Source: Eledone cirrhosa (taxonomy: Eukaryota). From it: a stretch of DNA of 64,000 nt. The notes under the pieces were generated by a model. The model worked only from the letters and a program-made list of their open reading frames with translations, was not told where the DNA came from and ran no database searches. The DNA lies in NCBI GenBank assembly GCA_964016885.1, contig OZ024764.1, positions 22,568,001 through 22,632,000 on the forward strand, given 5' to 3'. Below, one piece after another: positions 37,987-53,468 of this stretch; positions within the stretch are counted from its first letter, which is position 1; each line of letters opens with the position of its first letter. Made by a program: the position numbers and the translations under genes.

Positions 37987-40349
37987 GAGGCATAAGAAAC
38001 TGAGGGTTGCCCAAGGGCCACATAGGTCACGTGTTGTCTGAGGGTTGCACACTACAACTAATTATGTACACGACAACTAATTAAAGTCATTTAATAAAAT
38101 ATATTGCAGAAAGATTTGTTACTTAAATTTAGAAACATACAATGTACATACAAATGTTTTAGCAGCATTCATGAATACAAAGTAATGAAGTAGTTTGACA
38201 AAAAACTAAAATTTAACATGTCAACACATACTTGCAGATTGTAACAGCAACAAATACATTGTACACAAATAACAACAGTTCAAAACTGAACATTTATTTG
38301 CTACTATTCAACCATTTTTAGTGTTTTGTCCTGAGGCTTGACACTTCTTTCTGTTGACAATGTTTGGTATGTCTGGCTGAAATGTTTGTACAGTTCCAAC
38401 TTTGATCAGATGACAAGTGTTGATCAGTCAGCCTTGTTCTCTGAGAAGTTTTTGTTAATTTCATGAAGGAAAATAACTGTCCACTCACATAGGTAGAACC
38501 AAACATTGCCATAATCTTTGTGACAAACTTTCTGATGTTAATACACTTTTTAGGAAGGTATGAAAAGAAACCAGGTATCCCCACTACAAGATACTTTGTT
38601 CTGAGTGTAGAATCTGACTGCATTTCCAATAGTTCCATCTGCAGGCATTCTTCTGCCTTCATCAAAGGTGAATGGTGCTGAGAATAATGTAAACTGATGT
38701 TCAAAAAATGAGATATCACAAAATCTTTCTTGAAATTTCTTTAACAACAATTCCAGGTGACTGTCATACTTAACTAGGCTAAATACAGACTCAGTATTGG
38801 CAGTGATTTTCAGCTCTTTGCACATAGGGAAATGAACTAAATTTTCATCTGACGACGAAGATTTCCATAAGCTTAGTTTTCTAATGAAGCACTTGATGTC
38901 ATCATTCAACTGATTAATGGGTTTGTTTTAACCTTGTAATTTCAAGTTAAGATCAGTTAATTGTGCAGTAAATCCACAACAAAAGCCAGATGTTGGAGCC
39001 AACTTTCATCTTTTATTTCATCTGTGTTTTAACCTTTTATCTCCAAAAACATAATTATTTCTTTTCTCAACAAATAGCATCTTTTCAGCACTTTGTGACA
39101 TGTCAACCAGCAGACTTCTGTGTAGAATGGAACATCGGTGAACTGATTATCTATATCTTCCAACAACTGGCTGAACTGACGGTGGTTGAGAGCATGGCCT
39201 CTGATTTAGTTCACTGTCTTTGTGACCAAGCTAAGCACATGATGCAATTTTAAAATCTTTGAACATGAATTTTGCTGATGAATAATAGTGAAAATGTGCA
39301 AATGATGAATCTAGATATGAGTTTTCTATTTTTGTTTGTAGCTTGGCAGCAACACCATTATGTCTACCAACCATATTTGCAGCACTGTCAGTAGATAAAC
39401 ATGCAAGTTTACTCAGATCAAAACCATGCAAACCCTGCTTGACCTTCTCAAAGATGTCCTGGATTGTTATAGTGTCATGCATGGGAACCAGTTCAATCAG
39501 TTCTTCATAAATATTAAATTCACTGTCACAGGCCCTGGTGAAGAATGCAAGCTGTACTGTTCCAGTGATGTCAACAGTCTCTTCAATAGCAATAGAAACA
39601 TGTTCAAACCTTGATGATACAGCCTTTAACTTGTTTCAGATCACCTGACATTTCATTAATCTGTTCAGCAACAGTGTTCCTGGTTAATGAAATGTCTTTG
39701 AATAACTCTGCTTTCTCTGGACAATTTCGGCTGTTTTACAAGACATTACTTTACAAAATCTCCTTCACTGTAAGATTTCCCACTCATGGCAATCATTCGA
39801 CTGAGTTCATAGCTTGCAGTAACGGAAGTGACATTCTCTTCCTGAGTTAACATAAAACAGGTCTGTTGCTGTGTCAAGTTAACCTTCAATTCCTTGAGTC
39901 TTGAAACACACATTGGGCCTTCATATTTATTGTAAGATCGAGGGTTTGTTTCATAATGTCTTTTTAAATTGTACTCTTTTGTCGTGGCGATGTAGTTGTT
40001 GCAAATTAAACAGTGTATCTTTCTGTTCACCGTTGGACAAAAATACTGTAATTCCCACTTTTCTTGAAACACTTGCCCTTCTTCGTTCAATTTCCTTTTT
40101 CTCTTAGCTGGAGGAGCACTAACCATTTCAAAAACAAAAACTTTTGAAATTTTGAAAGAAAGTATTCTGTTAATGAGCTGCACGTGATTAATGGAAGTTA
40201 AAAGTAGTTGACAAAAATTGCACAAAAAAAATAATTGTATCGAAAATGTTTTAAATTTTATATTACGAAAATGAAACATGGTCGCACTGTAAAAACCTTT
40301 GTGTGGGCCGCAGCTTTGCTTGCAAAGGGCCGCATGTTTGACATGTCTG
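37987..40349 (-). mobile_element. hAT transposon, longest copy, retaining the C-terminal region
   Basis: Same TSD ATGTAGGT; extra ~320 bp (38459-38777) encoding LQMELLEMQ..MAMFGSTYVSGQLFSFMK. Confidence 0.92.
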
Positions 40350-43260
40350 ATGTAGGTTACCAACACTAGGGAGGGCAGCATGTCCTTCAGTGTGTTCTGC
40401 TACATTAACTACCAGGAGGTCACCACATGAGACAAAGACTACATTTCAAAGAAGGGTCATAAAAGAACTAAATACGAAAGTACCCACAGCAACAAGCAAA
40501 TAATTGAGCTTTGGGTCTAGGTCAAGGGGCAGAAGTGCTGCGCCCTGTGGATAAGACTGCAAAAGTATTCGCCCCGGGCGATGGACAGTGACACCCACTG
40601 CAACAGCCACCCCAACCTCATGGGGCTCCCTCTTCAGAAGAGCCACCAACGTTCTGATCTTACAGAGGAGCTTGGCAGTATGGGGTCCAAGTACTTCTGA
40701 GGTCTCGATGGTGACCGGTGTGAAGAGACCTACAATTGATGTCATCCCAGTTATGTTGGACTGTAATATACTGGGGTATAGAGAGGCCTTAACCTGTCAC
40801 AGCCGGGCCACCCAGGGTTGTGTCATCTAGGTACCAGACAGGGGTAACTAGACCATGTTGTCAACTGTCAGCACCAATAGGAGTGAGGCGAGTGGGTCCC
40901 CTTGCTAGACACCATATATAAAAACGTATTTGCTAATTACTTTAATGAATAATTTGTTTCAAACGTAATTATTACTTTTAACACGATAGGATTTTGTACA
41001 CGTGTTTGTTTGAAAACATCTTTCAAAGAAGTATGAGACAGTCTTTTGTAGTGTTTATTATAATAAATTACTGTATGTTGAGCTGTTTTAACTTCTCCAC
41101 CTTCTATTATTTCATATTGTTTTTGTAAAAAAACGAGATCTTTTTCATATATATATATGAAGGCGTGTGGCTGAGTGGTTAGAGAATTGGATTCGGAATT
41201 GTGAGGTTGTGAGTTCGATTCTCAGACTAGGCGATGCGTTATGTCCTTGAGCAAGACACTGCTCCTTCTACCTAGTGTTGCGACCGATAGATAGTATTAG
41301 CAATTAGAAAGACCAATGGAAACATTGTTTCCTCGGTCCGATTTGACGAAAAGTCGATCATAAAAAATATACATAAATATATATATAGAGAGAAACATAC
41401 ACTACTTTTTAACATGTAAGGGGAGACAACTCTCGTTACATCCACTCTTCTTTTTTTATATACGTTCTTCAAATACTTTGTTCAAAGGAATCTGCTTTAT
41501 TTTGTCCTAAGTAGATTTCTGTTTAAGTTTTTACGTGATTCACAATGATTCACGTAACCAAGTTACTTACATAGAGATATATTTCACATAGAATCACAAC
41601 AAATGAAAATATTAAGTCAACACTCTGTCAATCAGTCTCACATCACATGGGGTGCTGGAGTCTCCCTCTAATACTTTCTGAGACAGTCTTACCTCGAGTG
41701 ATAGCAAGGCTAAGATGTTGGAACTACCAAACACCCTCATATGTATCACCTGACACCTCGGTAAGGAGAGCTGCCAATGATAACAAGAACCTCGTTGTCA
41801 GGGACCTATCTCCTCCAAACTTCTCCAACACCACAGACTAGAATATTCTACTCTTTATTCCCTATCAAATATATTTCAGTCTAGTCATTTATCTTGTATC
41901 TTGTATATATATTTTCAAAACTAACTGTCACATTTGTGAGACCCCAGTTAGTGATGTTTTTGTCTCCCTCCCACATCCTACATGCTGTAGTAAAAGTGAG
42001 GGTCACTGCTTCTGTAGACGAACAAAATAAAAGTTAAACTACCAGTAATTATCGGCAAAGTATTTATTCCAGTCTGTGATGTTTGAGAAGCTGGGCTGCT
42101 GACAACGAAGTTGTTGTCACTGTTGGTGGCTGGCTTTACCGAAGTACCCGATGACTCTTGTGAGGGTACTTAGCTGTTCTGGCAACTTAGCCCCCATATG
42201 ACCCGATCTTACCGAGATACCCGGGGATCTCTGTAAGAGTACTTAGCTGTCCTACTTTAATTACATTTACTGTTTTCAACGTTATTTTTTTTTATTACAA
42301 ACTTTACATAAAGTAAAAATATTTTTACGTCACAAAAAATATTTTTACGTCACAAAAAAACTAGAAATATAAAATGTTTTCGTAATTATCTATATTTTAC
42401 CTACCTCTAATTAATTAAAGTGAAAACTTTTGTTGTTGCTGAAAAATAAATTAACAAAACTAAATATTTAAATATTCTAAAGGTCGTTTTTATATTATGT
42501 GATGATATAATTAATATATTTTATTACAATTGTATAAATTTACAGTAGAATAACGTTGTAAATATGTTTTAAATATATACATAAATAACGTGTGTAAATA
42601 ACATTATAAATTGCTGGCAATTCCTTGAGAAAGACATTACAAATATATTGTCTAAACTGTGTATATTAATATAATTTATTGAACAATAATGATAAAGGAA
42701 AGAAAAACACAGTGGGAGATGGCAATTGACCACCAAACGAGGTAAACATTTTCAACTTTCCCCTTTTTTTGCTTTGTCCGAGACAACTCAAAATATTCTT
42801 CAAGGAACTGGATTTTCCATTCGGTTGGATCGAACGGATTTTACCATTTATAATCTACGGAGAGGAATAACAGATGTTCGGAGGAAAAAAGAATTGTTTG
42901 TGGCAACAACGTAGGGAACCAACCTGGAGCAATTGTATCACACAATTATACTTTCCTCCTTAACATACACTTACAATTTTTCAAAATCAAACCCCCCAAA
43001 TATGAAATATAAATAATTATAAATGGCGAGGAACCATCCCATCTCCCTCTTGAAATAACCTGAATCTATTTATAGTCAGGTGTGACTGAAAGGTCAATCC
43101 ATACTTCCATTCTATTTCACAGAATTAGAAGCTTTGACCACTTGATAGAATTCAGGTCCAGTAATGTAATCACTCCGTAATTGTAAACATCTTGTATCAC
43201 TATCATTCAGGTTTTGATTTTACTCAAGTCTTGCCCATGTTTTTTTTTTTTTTCTTTTTT

Positions 43261-46200
43261 ACACAAACTCACAATTTCGGTTTTTACTGTGGATTTACCC
43301 ATGCGAACTATTACACAAACTCACAGCCTTAGATTTTGTATTTCTAGCGTTTTTATTTTCCTTCTCTTTGCATGTTCAGTGCTCTTTCTCTCCCACTGTA
43401 TTTATCTGCCTCTCACATGACCACACTCCTCTCCACGCACTCATCATCTTCTCACTCCTTCTACACCTTCCAAAGCTGGCCCTCTACTGCCGGCTGTTGC
43501 CAGCCCGCCACCTGATTGCGCCCTCTGTGCCCGCACTAACCAGTACTTAAAGACAATTAAGTCACCTATGCCACGCAACCTACCACAGAAGCTGTGTCGG
43601 CATCACTAAAGCTCAAGCCGAAAGGCTTCAACACTGGACCTGTCATCGGTGCCACTTCAGCTCCGACTATTCCGTGGGGATGACCAACACTCTACCGACG
43701 ACTTTCCACAGTCCCCCAGGGCTTCTCCAAATCAAAGCTCGTTAACCGGACCCTTAAGAGAGCTCAGAACAACTTTGCAGGTGCCCTCTCTAATTTACTG
43801 AAAAACGTTTGCTCATCCAACAATAGACTGGCAGAAATTGTTTTTGTTTCCCCTCATCTCTCTTCACGTGCACAATGCGAACTCGGGTTCCCTCAAGTCC
43901 TCTCTCAAGCGGCAGTTCCAGCTCTTTGAGTCCACCCCAACCACGTCTCATCTCAGTTCGTCTCCGAGCTCGGTGTCCACCAACAGACAACCGGTAGACC
44001 TCAAGCGAGCCGTCAATGCCAAATTCAGCGAATTTGACATTAAAGGGGCTGTCCTCCCTTGCTCCATGCAACTCTGACTCTCGTGAGCGTCTGAAAGAGA
44101 AGCACCCCCAGATGATCAGCAACACTGGCCCGAACCACCAGAATACTTGAGACCGGTTTACACCACCAATATCATCAGAAAGGCAATTTCATCCTTCATC
44201 CTCAACACCTCAAGGATGGTATCTCCTTATCGGCCGGTAATGCCGGACTCGAGCTCTTGGAGAGTCTGACTCAGTTTGTGAATCAGTGAACGTTCTCCCG
44301 TTCATCCGCCCACTGTTCTTCGGTGCAAAGCTATTTGGTCTCACCAAGCCCAACGGGGACCTGCGCCGCATTGCGGTTGGCTGCACACCTCACTGCAAAG
44401 GCGAGATTGCTGTTGGTCTCCAACCCACTGACGGAGGAATTTTCCCCCATCCAGCTGTGGGTGGGTACCAGGTTGGGATGTGTGGCTGCTGTCCACGCTG
44501 CCAGAGCATTTGCCAACTTGCCCTCCTCATCCCCCAAGGTCATCCTCAAACTTGACCTCAGGAATGCCTTCAACTCCGTCAGCCGTAACATCGTCCTCGG
44601 CTCAGTAAGAGAGAGGGTCTCACAACTCTACCACTTTGCTTGGCAGGCTTATCGGGAGCCCTCCTACCTCTCTTTCAGTGACTAGATCATCACCTCTGCC
44701 TCAGGAGTCCAACAGGGTGACCCACTCGGAACCCCCCCTCACTGGACATTGATGACGTCACCAAGATGGGGGTTGAGTTGGACCTCAATGTCTGGTAGCT
44801 CGACGACGCCTGTTTGGGGGGAACTCCGGATATGGTTCTCGCCACTGCCAACAGGATGGTGGAGGAGCTTGGCGCCGGGGTCTCCAGATCAATAGCTCCA
44901 AATGTGAGCTCTGGATCCTCAACCACCCGGCTTCTTAACACCAACAGCTGATCGACCTGTTCGCAGAGTCCTTCCCTTCCATCACGGTCCCTCCCCCGTC
45001 GGCTTGGTGCTCCTTAGGAGCCCCGATCACAGACCTGGCCTTCGAGTCAACCATCCAATCGAAGATGGTTGGCCTTGAGCAGCTGCTGAGGAATATTGAA
45101 GATATCGAACGCCATCAAGGTTTCTTCTTACTCAGGAACTACCTGTCTATTCCTAAGCTTCTGTATCTGCTCAGGGTCAGCCCCTCTCACAGATTTCCAT
45201 CCTGCCTCGAACACTTCGACGACCTAATCTTCGAGAGACTCGAGTGTCTGGTCAATGTTAGTAAGTGTTCGTCCCTCTCTCTCCCCTGCTTCCTTTCCTC
45301 CACCCAAGCTTGCAGCATCCTCTCCTCTCCAACATGGACTAGTTGCAACAGGGAGTTGTGTGAAGCTCTCCAGCAATGGAGTGAGTTGGGCTTGTCTCTT
45401 CCTGAGAAGGTGGAGGACAGTCGAAGTCAGTAGAACTTGGGACAGGATACGTTGGAATGCCACCTTCGACTCCCTCTTCGTCCTCTCAGATCAGTTTGCA
45501 AGGTGCCGCTTACCATCTGCCAGCGCCAAATACTCCGGTGACTGGGTCGATGCCTTACCCGTGGCCAACGTTGGAGGCCTACTCAGCCTGGATGAACTTC
45601 GTGTCTCCATCACCCTCAGAGTGGGAGCTGACGTCTGCATGGGTTTGAGATGTGGCTAACTCCTCGACTCCACAGGCCCCCACAGTCTTTCTTGCTGCCT
45701 GAATGCCGGCCACTTTGCCCGTCACACGGAGCTAAACTTTATTCTGAAGAGAGCTTTGGCCCGGGCAAACATCCCCTCGGTCTTGGAACCATCTGGGTTG
45801 TCCAGAAGTGATGGCAAAAGACCTGACGGCCTTACCCTGTGCCCCTGGTCGAGAGGCAGGTGCTTAATCTGGGACGTCACTGTTAGTGACTCCTTTGCTC
45901 TTTCCCACATCCTTGATGCTGCGGTAAGGACGAGAGCTACATTTTTCAGCCTGTGGCTTTCGAGACGTTTGGGGGAGTCGGTCCGCTGACTGCGAGGTTC
46001 CTTTCCTCACTGGCGGCTCGCCTTATAGAGGTAACTGGCGAAATCGCGAGGGCGCTTGGCTGTTCCAGCACCTCAGCCTCGCCATCACCCGAGGTAACAC
46101 TGCCAGTGTGCTGGCTTGCCTCAAAACTCATTAGAGAGGTTTCCCAGTACCCCTCGTTGCTGTCTTTTGCTCTGGTGTTGGCTCCGTTGTCCACCCCTTC

Positions 46201-46470
46201 CTTTACATTTTCTTTAATATTGCAACATTGAAGGAATTTATCTTTCATTGTATCATCCTTTATAGTGTTACCGAGGCATTTGTAATGTTATTTATATATT
46301 TAAAACATATTTGTTATGTTATTCTACTGTAAATTTATTTATATGCTCTGTTTATGTTTTCATTCTGAAGGAACTTATCCACTTGTGTTGATATAAGTGA
46401 TGCTATGACTTTCCTCTAAGCATTGTGTCATTATATATGTTATTATAAACGTGAATAAATTGAATTTATA
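43261..46470 (+). mobile_element. Second copy of the CRE-clade element
   Basis: Same motifs; keeps the FQPVAFETFGGVG tail; lacks ~440 bp of the 5' region (junction ~43470). Confidence 0.88.
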
Positions 46471-47716
46471 GTGTGATAATAGGCCACACCTCACACCCTA
46501 GGGGTTAACTACACACTTTGAGGCAAGCCAACACACTGGCAGCATTACAACGGGTGATGGTGAGGCTAAGGTGCTGAAATAACCAGGTCCCCTCACGGGT
46601 ATCACCTGACGCCTCTGTAAGGTGAGGCTAAGGTGCTGAGATAACCAGGTACTCTTACTGATATCACCTGACACCTCAGTAAGGTGAGGCTACGGTGCTG
46701 AAATAACCAGGTACCCACACGGAAACGACTAGATTTGTAGAAAAAGTAGGGTGAAAGTATACAAAGAGATGTAGTTTCACAGATCTACTCACACCTCACG
46801 TTGGATGGGAATAATTATCTTTCTTAGAATTCTTGCTATACCCCTTTTACAGTATTTTTTCTATAGACCCCTTAGATACTTGCAATAGACGTTTTATTTC
46901 CCAGTATTAGGATTAGGGTTTCCGTTTTCAGGAAGAAAAGTCGATTGCAAACATCTAAGAGGTCGAGAAATAAAATTAAGGAAAGATAATCATTTCCCAG
47001 CCAACTGGAGAAGTGTGTAGCTCTTCTAAACTCCGATAATCCTGTCTCCCACTTCTTTATCTACAAATCTAGTCGTTTCCTGCTACTTTGTTCCCTGGGG
47101 TATGCCTTAGTATTTGACACCATCTGTCTCTCTTACTGCCTAATTAGCAAGAAGTAAATCTGTCTCATGTGTTCACCTGATTGGTAGGTTATTAGGTGGT
47201 TGGTAGGTTTCTTGAAGTGTTGCAAATGGTTAGTTCACTTGCATCACAAGAAGCCTCACTCCTTCATCGTTTCTTGAGCCATAACCATGACCACCATGTA
47301 CCCCAGAATATCCATCCTGGAGCTGTCCAACATGACCATTGAAGTCCCCTGCTATTATAATTAGGTCTCTGTCATTGTGGTTATCTCTACTTATTCCTTT
47401 TCTACATATGGAGCAGGGCCACTTTCCTGAAGGTGTCAGGGTCTTCTCTCCTATCCATTAGCACTTTAGTTTTGGCTAAGTATATTCTCAGAACTTACCA
47501 TTTCAAATTCTATATCTATAGCTGGTCATCTACATAGAGAAGTTTCCATAGACAGCCAGTCTTAAACCTCTCTGTTATGGCTAGGAGAACTATGATGAAC
47601 AACAGTGGGCTAAGAACTAAACCATGATGAACTCCTACCTGTATCTTCAATTCCTCACTAAACACACTTTACTGACAGCTTCTCACAAGCCATTCTTCTA
47701 CACCTAATTTCCTTAA

Positions 47717-47924
47717 TCCTTTAGTATATAAACTGGCCATATCTGGCCAGAATTGTCTCATATCTTTCTGTTCAAACTGGCCGTTACTGGTCACTTATAC
47801 TTATGTTAAGGTATGGTTCTCCAAATAAGTAACATCAAAATTTCATAGATTTGATATTATGTGAGATAAAGCATTTACTGTGAAAATATAATAGTAAATA
47901 TAGAGTAATGTGAATACTAAAGGG
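47717..47924. mobile_element. 208-bp TTAA-flanked (piggyBac-type) MITE; the paralog at 28156-30277 is split by a CR1
   Basis: TTAA|(C/T)CCTTTAGTAT...ATAC(T/G)AAAGGG|TTAA in both units. Confidence 0.75.
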
Positions 47925-48925
47925 TTAATCTGATATCACTAATAACTACTTTTATCAGTCAGTATAATCTACTGTCACTAATAACTACTTTTATCAGTCA
48001 GTATAATCTAATGTCACTAATAACTACTTTTATCAGTCAGTATAATCTAATGTCACTAATAACTAACCTATGTCAGTCATCACATTCTTCACCAAGGAAG
48101 GCCTTAGTATTTATTACAGTCCATTTATCAATATAGAAATATTATATGAAATTTGTACTGATGTATTACAAGTTTCTGAGTATCTTATAATGTTCTTTTA
48201 TTATTTCAGAATACCAGAGGACATTGGCATTAAAGAGCACGTTACATCAGACATATCCTCAACATTAACCATTTCTAATGAAAGACACTACCCATCATTT
48301 TCAAATAAATTTTGAAAACAATCAAAAATTTGAAGGGATTTAGTAATATAACTAAAGTTCTCAGTATTAAGCTGCTATTTGGAACATAACTTTGCACAAT
48401 TTTATGAAGTTACAATGGAAAGTTTTTAGATAAATATAAAGACTGATATGAAAAGGATAAAACACTTTTATATCAGTTGTTTCATAAACACTATTATTTA
48501 AAGACTAAACGAAGCTGTTATACAGAACAGATACAACCTTGTTTATATAAATCTATGGGAGAAATACTGGAAAATATTCTTTGTAAGATCTTCATATATT
48601 GACAAAGTTGATAGTAGATGGAACTACAGGAGTAGAAATATTTCCATTATTACAAGAATAACTAATCAAATAAAAACCAGAAAAATTAGATTCTTCATTG
48701 TCTGGAATATGTACAAGATGATTTTATATGTATATTAAACTTGAAGAGATCTACCAAACAGTTTGTATCATCTTTAAATATAAAGAAAGACCAAAGTTGA
48801 TAGAAGTATATCTGGAGGAATTTGTTTTAGGAATAATATTATAAACATAACGAAGAAAAATATCCATATATTGCGAGGGGAAAAATATTAAAATTGTGAA
48901 TTATATGAGAAACTGAGGTGATTGA

Positions 48926-49807
<882 letters not shown>

Positions 49808-52800
49808 CTGTATCAATATCAAACTCATTACATCATACTACAACAACAACAACAAATGTGTAGATCCATCATCCTTGCTAAAACTGGGGTCAACCTTGTA
49901 GGTTTTACCTAGGACAGGGATCATAAACACCAGGTTTCTATTTTTGAAGCCGTGTTTGAAGATTTTGTGTAAATTAAAGTTTTTCACATTAAACTTTGAT
50001 TTATTATACTTTAACAGGTAAGATATATATTTGTATTTTTAGTAAAGGTTTGGGAACTTCTGTAATTTAAACCTGCCAATAAAATGAAAACTTTTGTTGT
50101 TGTTAGTCAGACATTGATATTAATTCTATTGTACATTGTCTCAAATATCACAGATTAAACAGATTTTAACAATAACAACAGAAATCAATAACTTGTAAGC
50201 CTAATATCTAGCTTCCATTTTAACTATTTGATATTGTTGTTCCTCTCCTATCTCTTCAGGTCTTTTAGATTTCAACTTCTATCTACTCTACTATTCCATC
50301 ACCAAGGCAACATTCATCTTGCTGGCAGCTTACATCAGCTACAGATCTCATCAGTGGTTCACAACAGGCTGTCTGAAAGAAACTTCCAGATATCTTCTAT
50401 GTCATAGCTATCAATCTCCTCCTCCTTATCATATGTATCATGTAGAACATCTCTGAATTTATATTTAACAGGGAGATCTTTTACTATCCCTACCCTTTTC
50501 TCTAGGTTGTCTTGTACCTCTCTCACAGTCCCTCTAGATCTTATATTTAACGGAGATATTTTACTGTCCTTACCCTTTTCTCTAGGTTGTCTTGTACCAC
50601 TCTCACAGTCCCAGTAGATCTTATATTTAACAGGGAGATGTTTTACTCTCCAACCCTTCTATCTCCAGATAGTCTTGTATCTGTCAGTCCCTCTAGATCT
50701 TACACCTAGTATCTAGTCTATGTTGAGTGGTACGTCCTTCTCCAGTAAAGGAGTTAATATTCCCAACCATCTGTCTATCCTGTTTTCTGATGAGAATGAA
50801 GTCAATCTAGTTTATCTCTTCACCTGATTGAAGTAACTAGATCAAGTAATTAGATGTTTTCCTGTAAGTTAGTGTTGCAGTGTTTGTGTCACCATGTAAG
50901 GTTTATATCTATTAATATAGAGATGTAGTAAAGTTTTCACTGTTGTATCTCTACTTTCTAAATATCTTAATAATGTTTCTCTACTATTTCAGAATATCAC
51001 ATGACCTTGACAGAAAAGAGTCTTTTAAAGACAACAGAAAGATGTTACATACAAGTGATATAAACTTGTTTAGTCTGTGGTGAATTATGGTGAAATATTT
51101 CTTCTGAATTGAGATAAATAACAACATTTTCCTTTTTCACTGTCTGGAATATTTACAAGATGATTTTACATTCTGATTAAATTTTGGATATTTACAAAGG
51201 AGTTTTCAAAATATTTGGATATTGACAAAGATCACATTTGGTAAAATTATGAACAATAGAAATATTTACATCAACATAGGAATATTTTCCAGAAGAGATG
51301 GGAAAATCATATACCACTAATATTTGTGGTAAAGTATTCTCTCTTCTTTATATGTAGAACATCTAACTAAACACTTTAACTAACAAACTATTGTGCTATA
51401 AAATTGACAAACTTGAGCAATGTTTAATAAATGTTACAGATTTCTCCAAACTGTCGTTTACTAACTTTAATTTGAAGCTATGTTATCTATATACTACTAA
51501 AACTCTGTAATTGTGTCTTGTCTAATTTAATACAGCTAAAACAGTGCATAATGGGGAAATACTTTGAAAGGAATAAAACAATTTTTGTATAAATTGGAGC
51601 ACAGGTTCCCAAGATACGGGGATTTCTGGGTACCTTGATATATATAGGGAGAGAAAGAGATAGTGTTTGTGAGAGTGAGGGGACAGATGGAAGAGAGAGA
51701 GAGAGCTGGTGGTGTTGTTTAATAAAATGTCTGTGTGTGTATATATATATACGTATGTGTATATTTTAACTATTTAAAAATCACTTTTAAATGACTTTTA
51801 AAAAATAGTTTTAAGGGAACGTGACCCAACATTAACATTAATATAAAAGATAATTATATATTTTTAGAGAAGAACTTCTAATTTCATACAGCTTAGGGCT
51901 TCAGTAGGTAAAAGTCTGCCCCTGCTTGTCTTGTATTTTTTAGGGGAGAAGTTAGGGAATACGGTTATTGTGTGAAAGTTTTCTAAATCTTCTTCAACCA
52001 CTAACATGGAGAAGATATTTCAGTAAGAAGGTTCACATCCTGACATCTATAGCTGTTAACAATGAGATTGGAATTCATTATTAAACAAATGTTATATCAT
52101 CATCACTGTTTAACATCAGTTTTTTCACGCTGGCATGGGTTAGACGAGTTATCCTGTTGTAAGCAAAGCCAGGTCAGGTGATAATGTGTTGCTCCTACAG
52201 AACAAATTTTGGTTTGGTTTCTGCAGCTGGATGCCCTTCCTAGCACCAACCTTATTTACATTGAGTACTGGGTGCATTTTATCATCTCACCATCAGGACC
52301 ACTTTACAGTGTAGGCTGGGTGCTTTTTGTTGTGACACCTATATGACCACTTTACAGTGTGCATTGGTTACTTTTTGTTGTGACACCTACGCGACCCCTT
52401 TAAAGTTTGGGCTGGGTACTTTTTGTTGTCACCTACATAACCACTTTACAGTGTGGACTGGTTTCTTTTTGTCATATCACCTCCATGACCACCTTATAAT
52501 GTTGACTGTGTGGGCTGGTTTCTTTTTGTCATATCACCTACATGACCACCTTATAATGTTGACTGTGTATTCTCTATAGTGTGGGTTGGGTGCTTCTTGT
52601 CATATCTCCTACCCAACCACTTTGCAGTGTGGGCAGTGAAATATCAGTAATGCACCAGCTCCAATATTCACTAATCAGAAGAAGGGAGGTAGGCATAAAA
52701 GCCAAACTTGCTGTCTTCAATTAGGTTTTTGTGCCAACCCTTACCTATGGTCACATATCTTGGGTAATGACCAAAAGAATATGATTGGGAATACAAACGG

Positions 52801-53468
52801 CAGATATGGGATTCCTCTGAAGGGTCTTTGAAGGAACGTTTCTCAATAAAGTGCATAGCTCTGAGATCAGAGAGTCACTCCAGGTGGAGCTGTTACTTCT
52901 CCTAATTGAGAGATCACAGCTGCAATACTATGGCCATGTGGTTAGAACGTCTGAGGAAAGAATCACTGGATAGATTTCACAGGCAAACTAACCGGCAGGA
53001 GACCCAGGGGTAGACCTGAGCAAGATGGTCACATAACATCCATGAGCTTGGCTGGTCTCTCTGGGAGATCCAGCCAGACCAGTTGGAGTGGGTTGCTTCT
53101 GACAGGACCTGTTGGGGGGAGTGTTTGAGGACTCTGCCCCCAAGACCCTCTCTGGAATAAGTGGGTTAATAAGCAGAGGTTGAGGTTACATAATCAACAT
53201 CAGATTTCCCTGCTAGCAAGGGTTTAATGAGTCTACTTCAACCAAGTAAGTACTGAAGTGAGGCTACTGATCTCCCAGACAGACCAAGGATCTGAGACTT
53301 ACTTACATAAGGTCTCATTTGCTACTGAGTGCACAGAAAAGGTTGTCATGTCTTTGTCATGATTGAAGGGTTCTCCGACACTATTGTTGGGCAAGCTTTC
53401 TATAGCTAGATGTCGTTCACATGACCAACCACATTACAGCCTGTGTTGGGTGTGTTTATCATGTAGGT

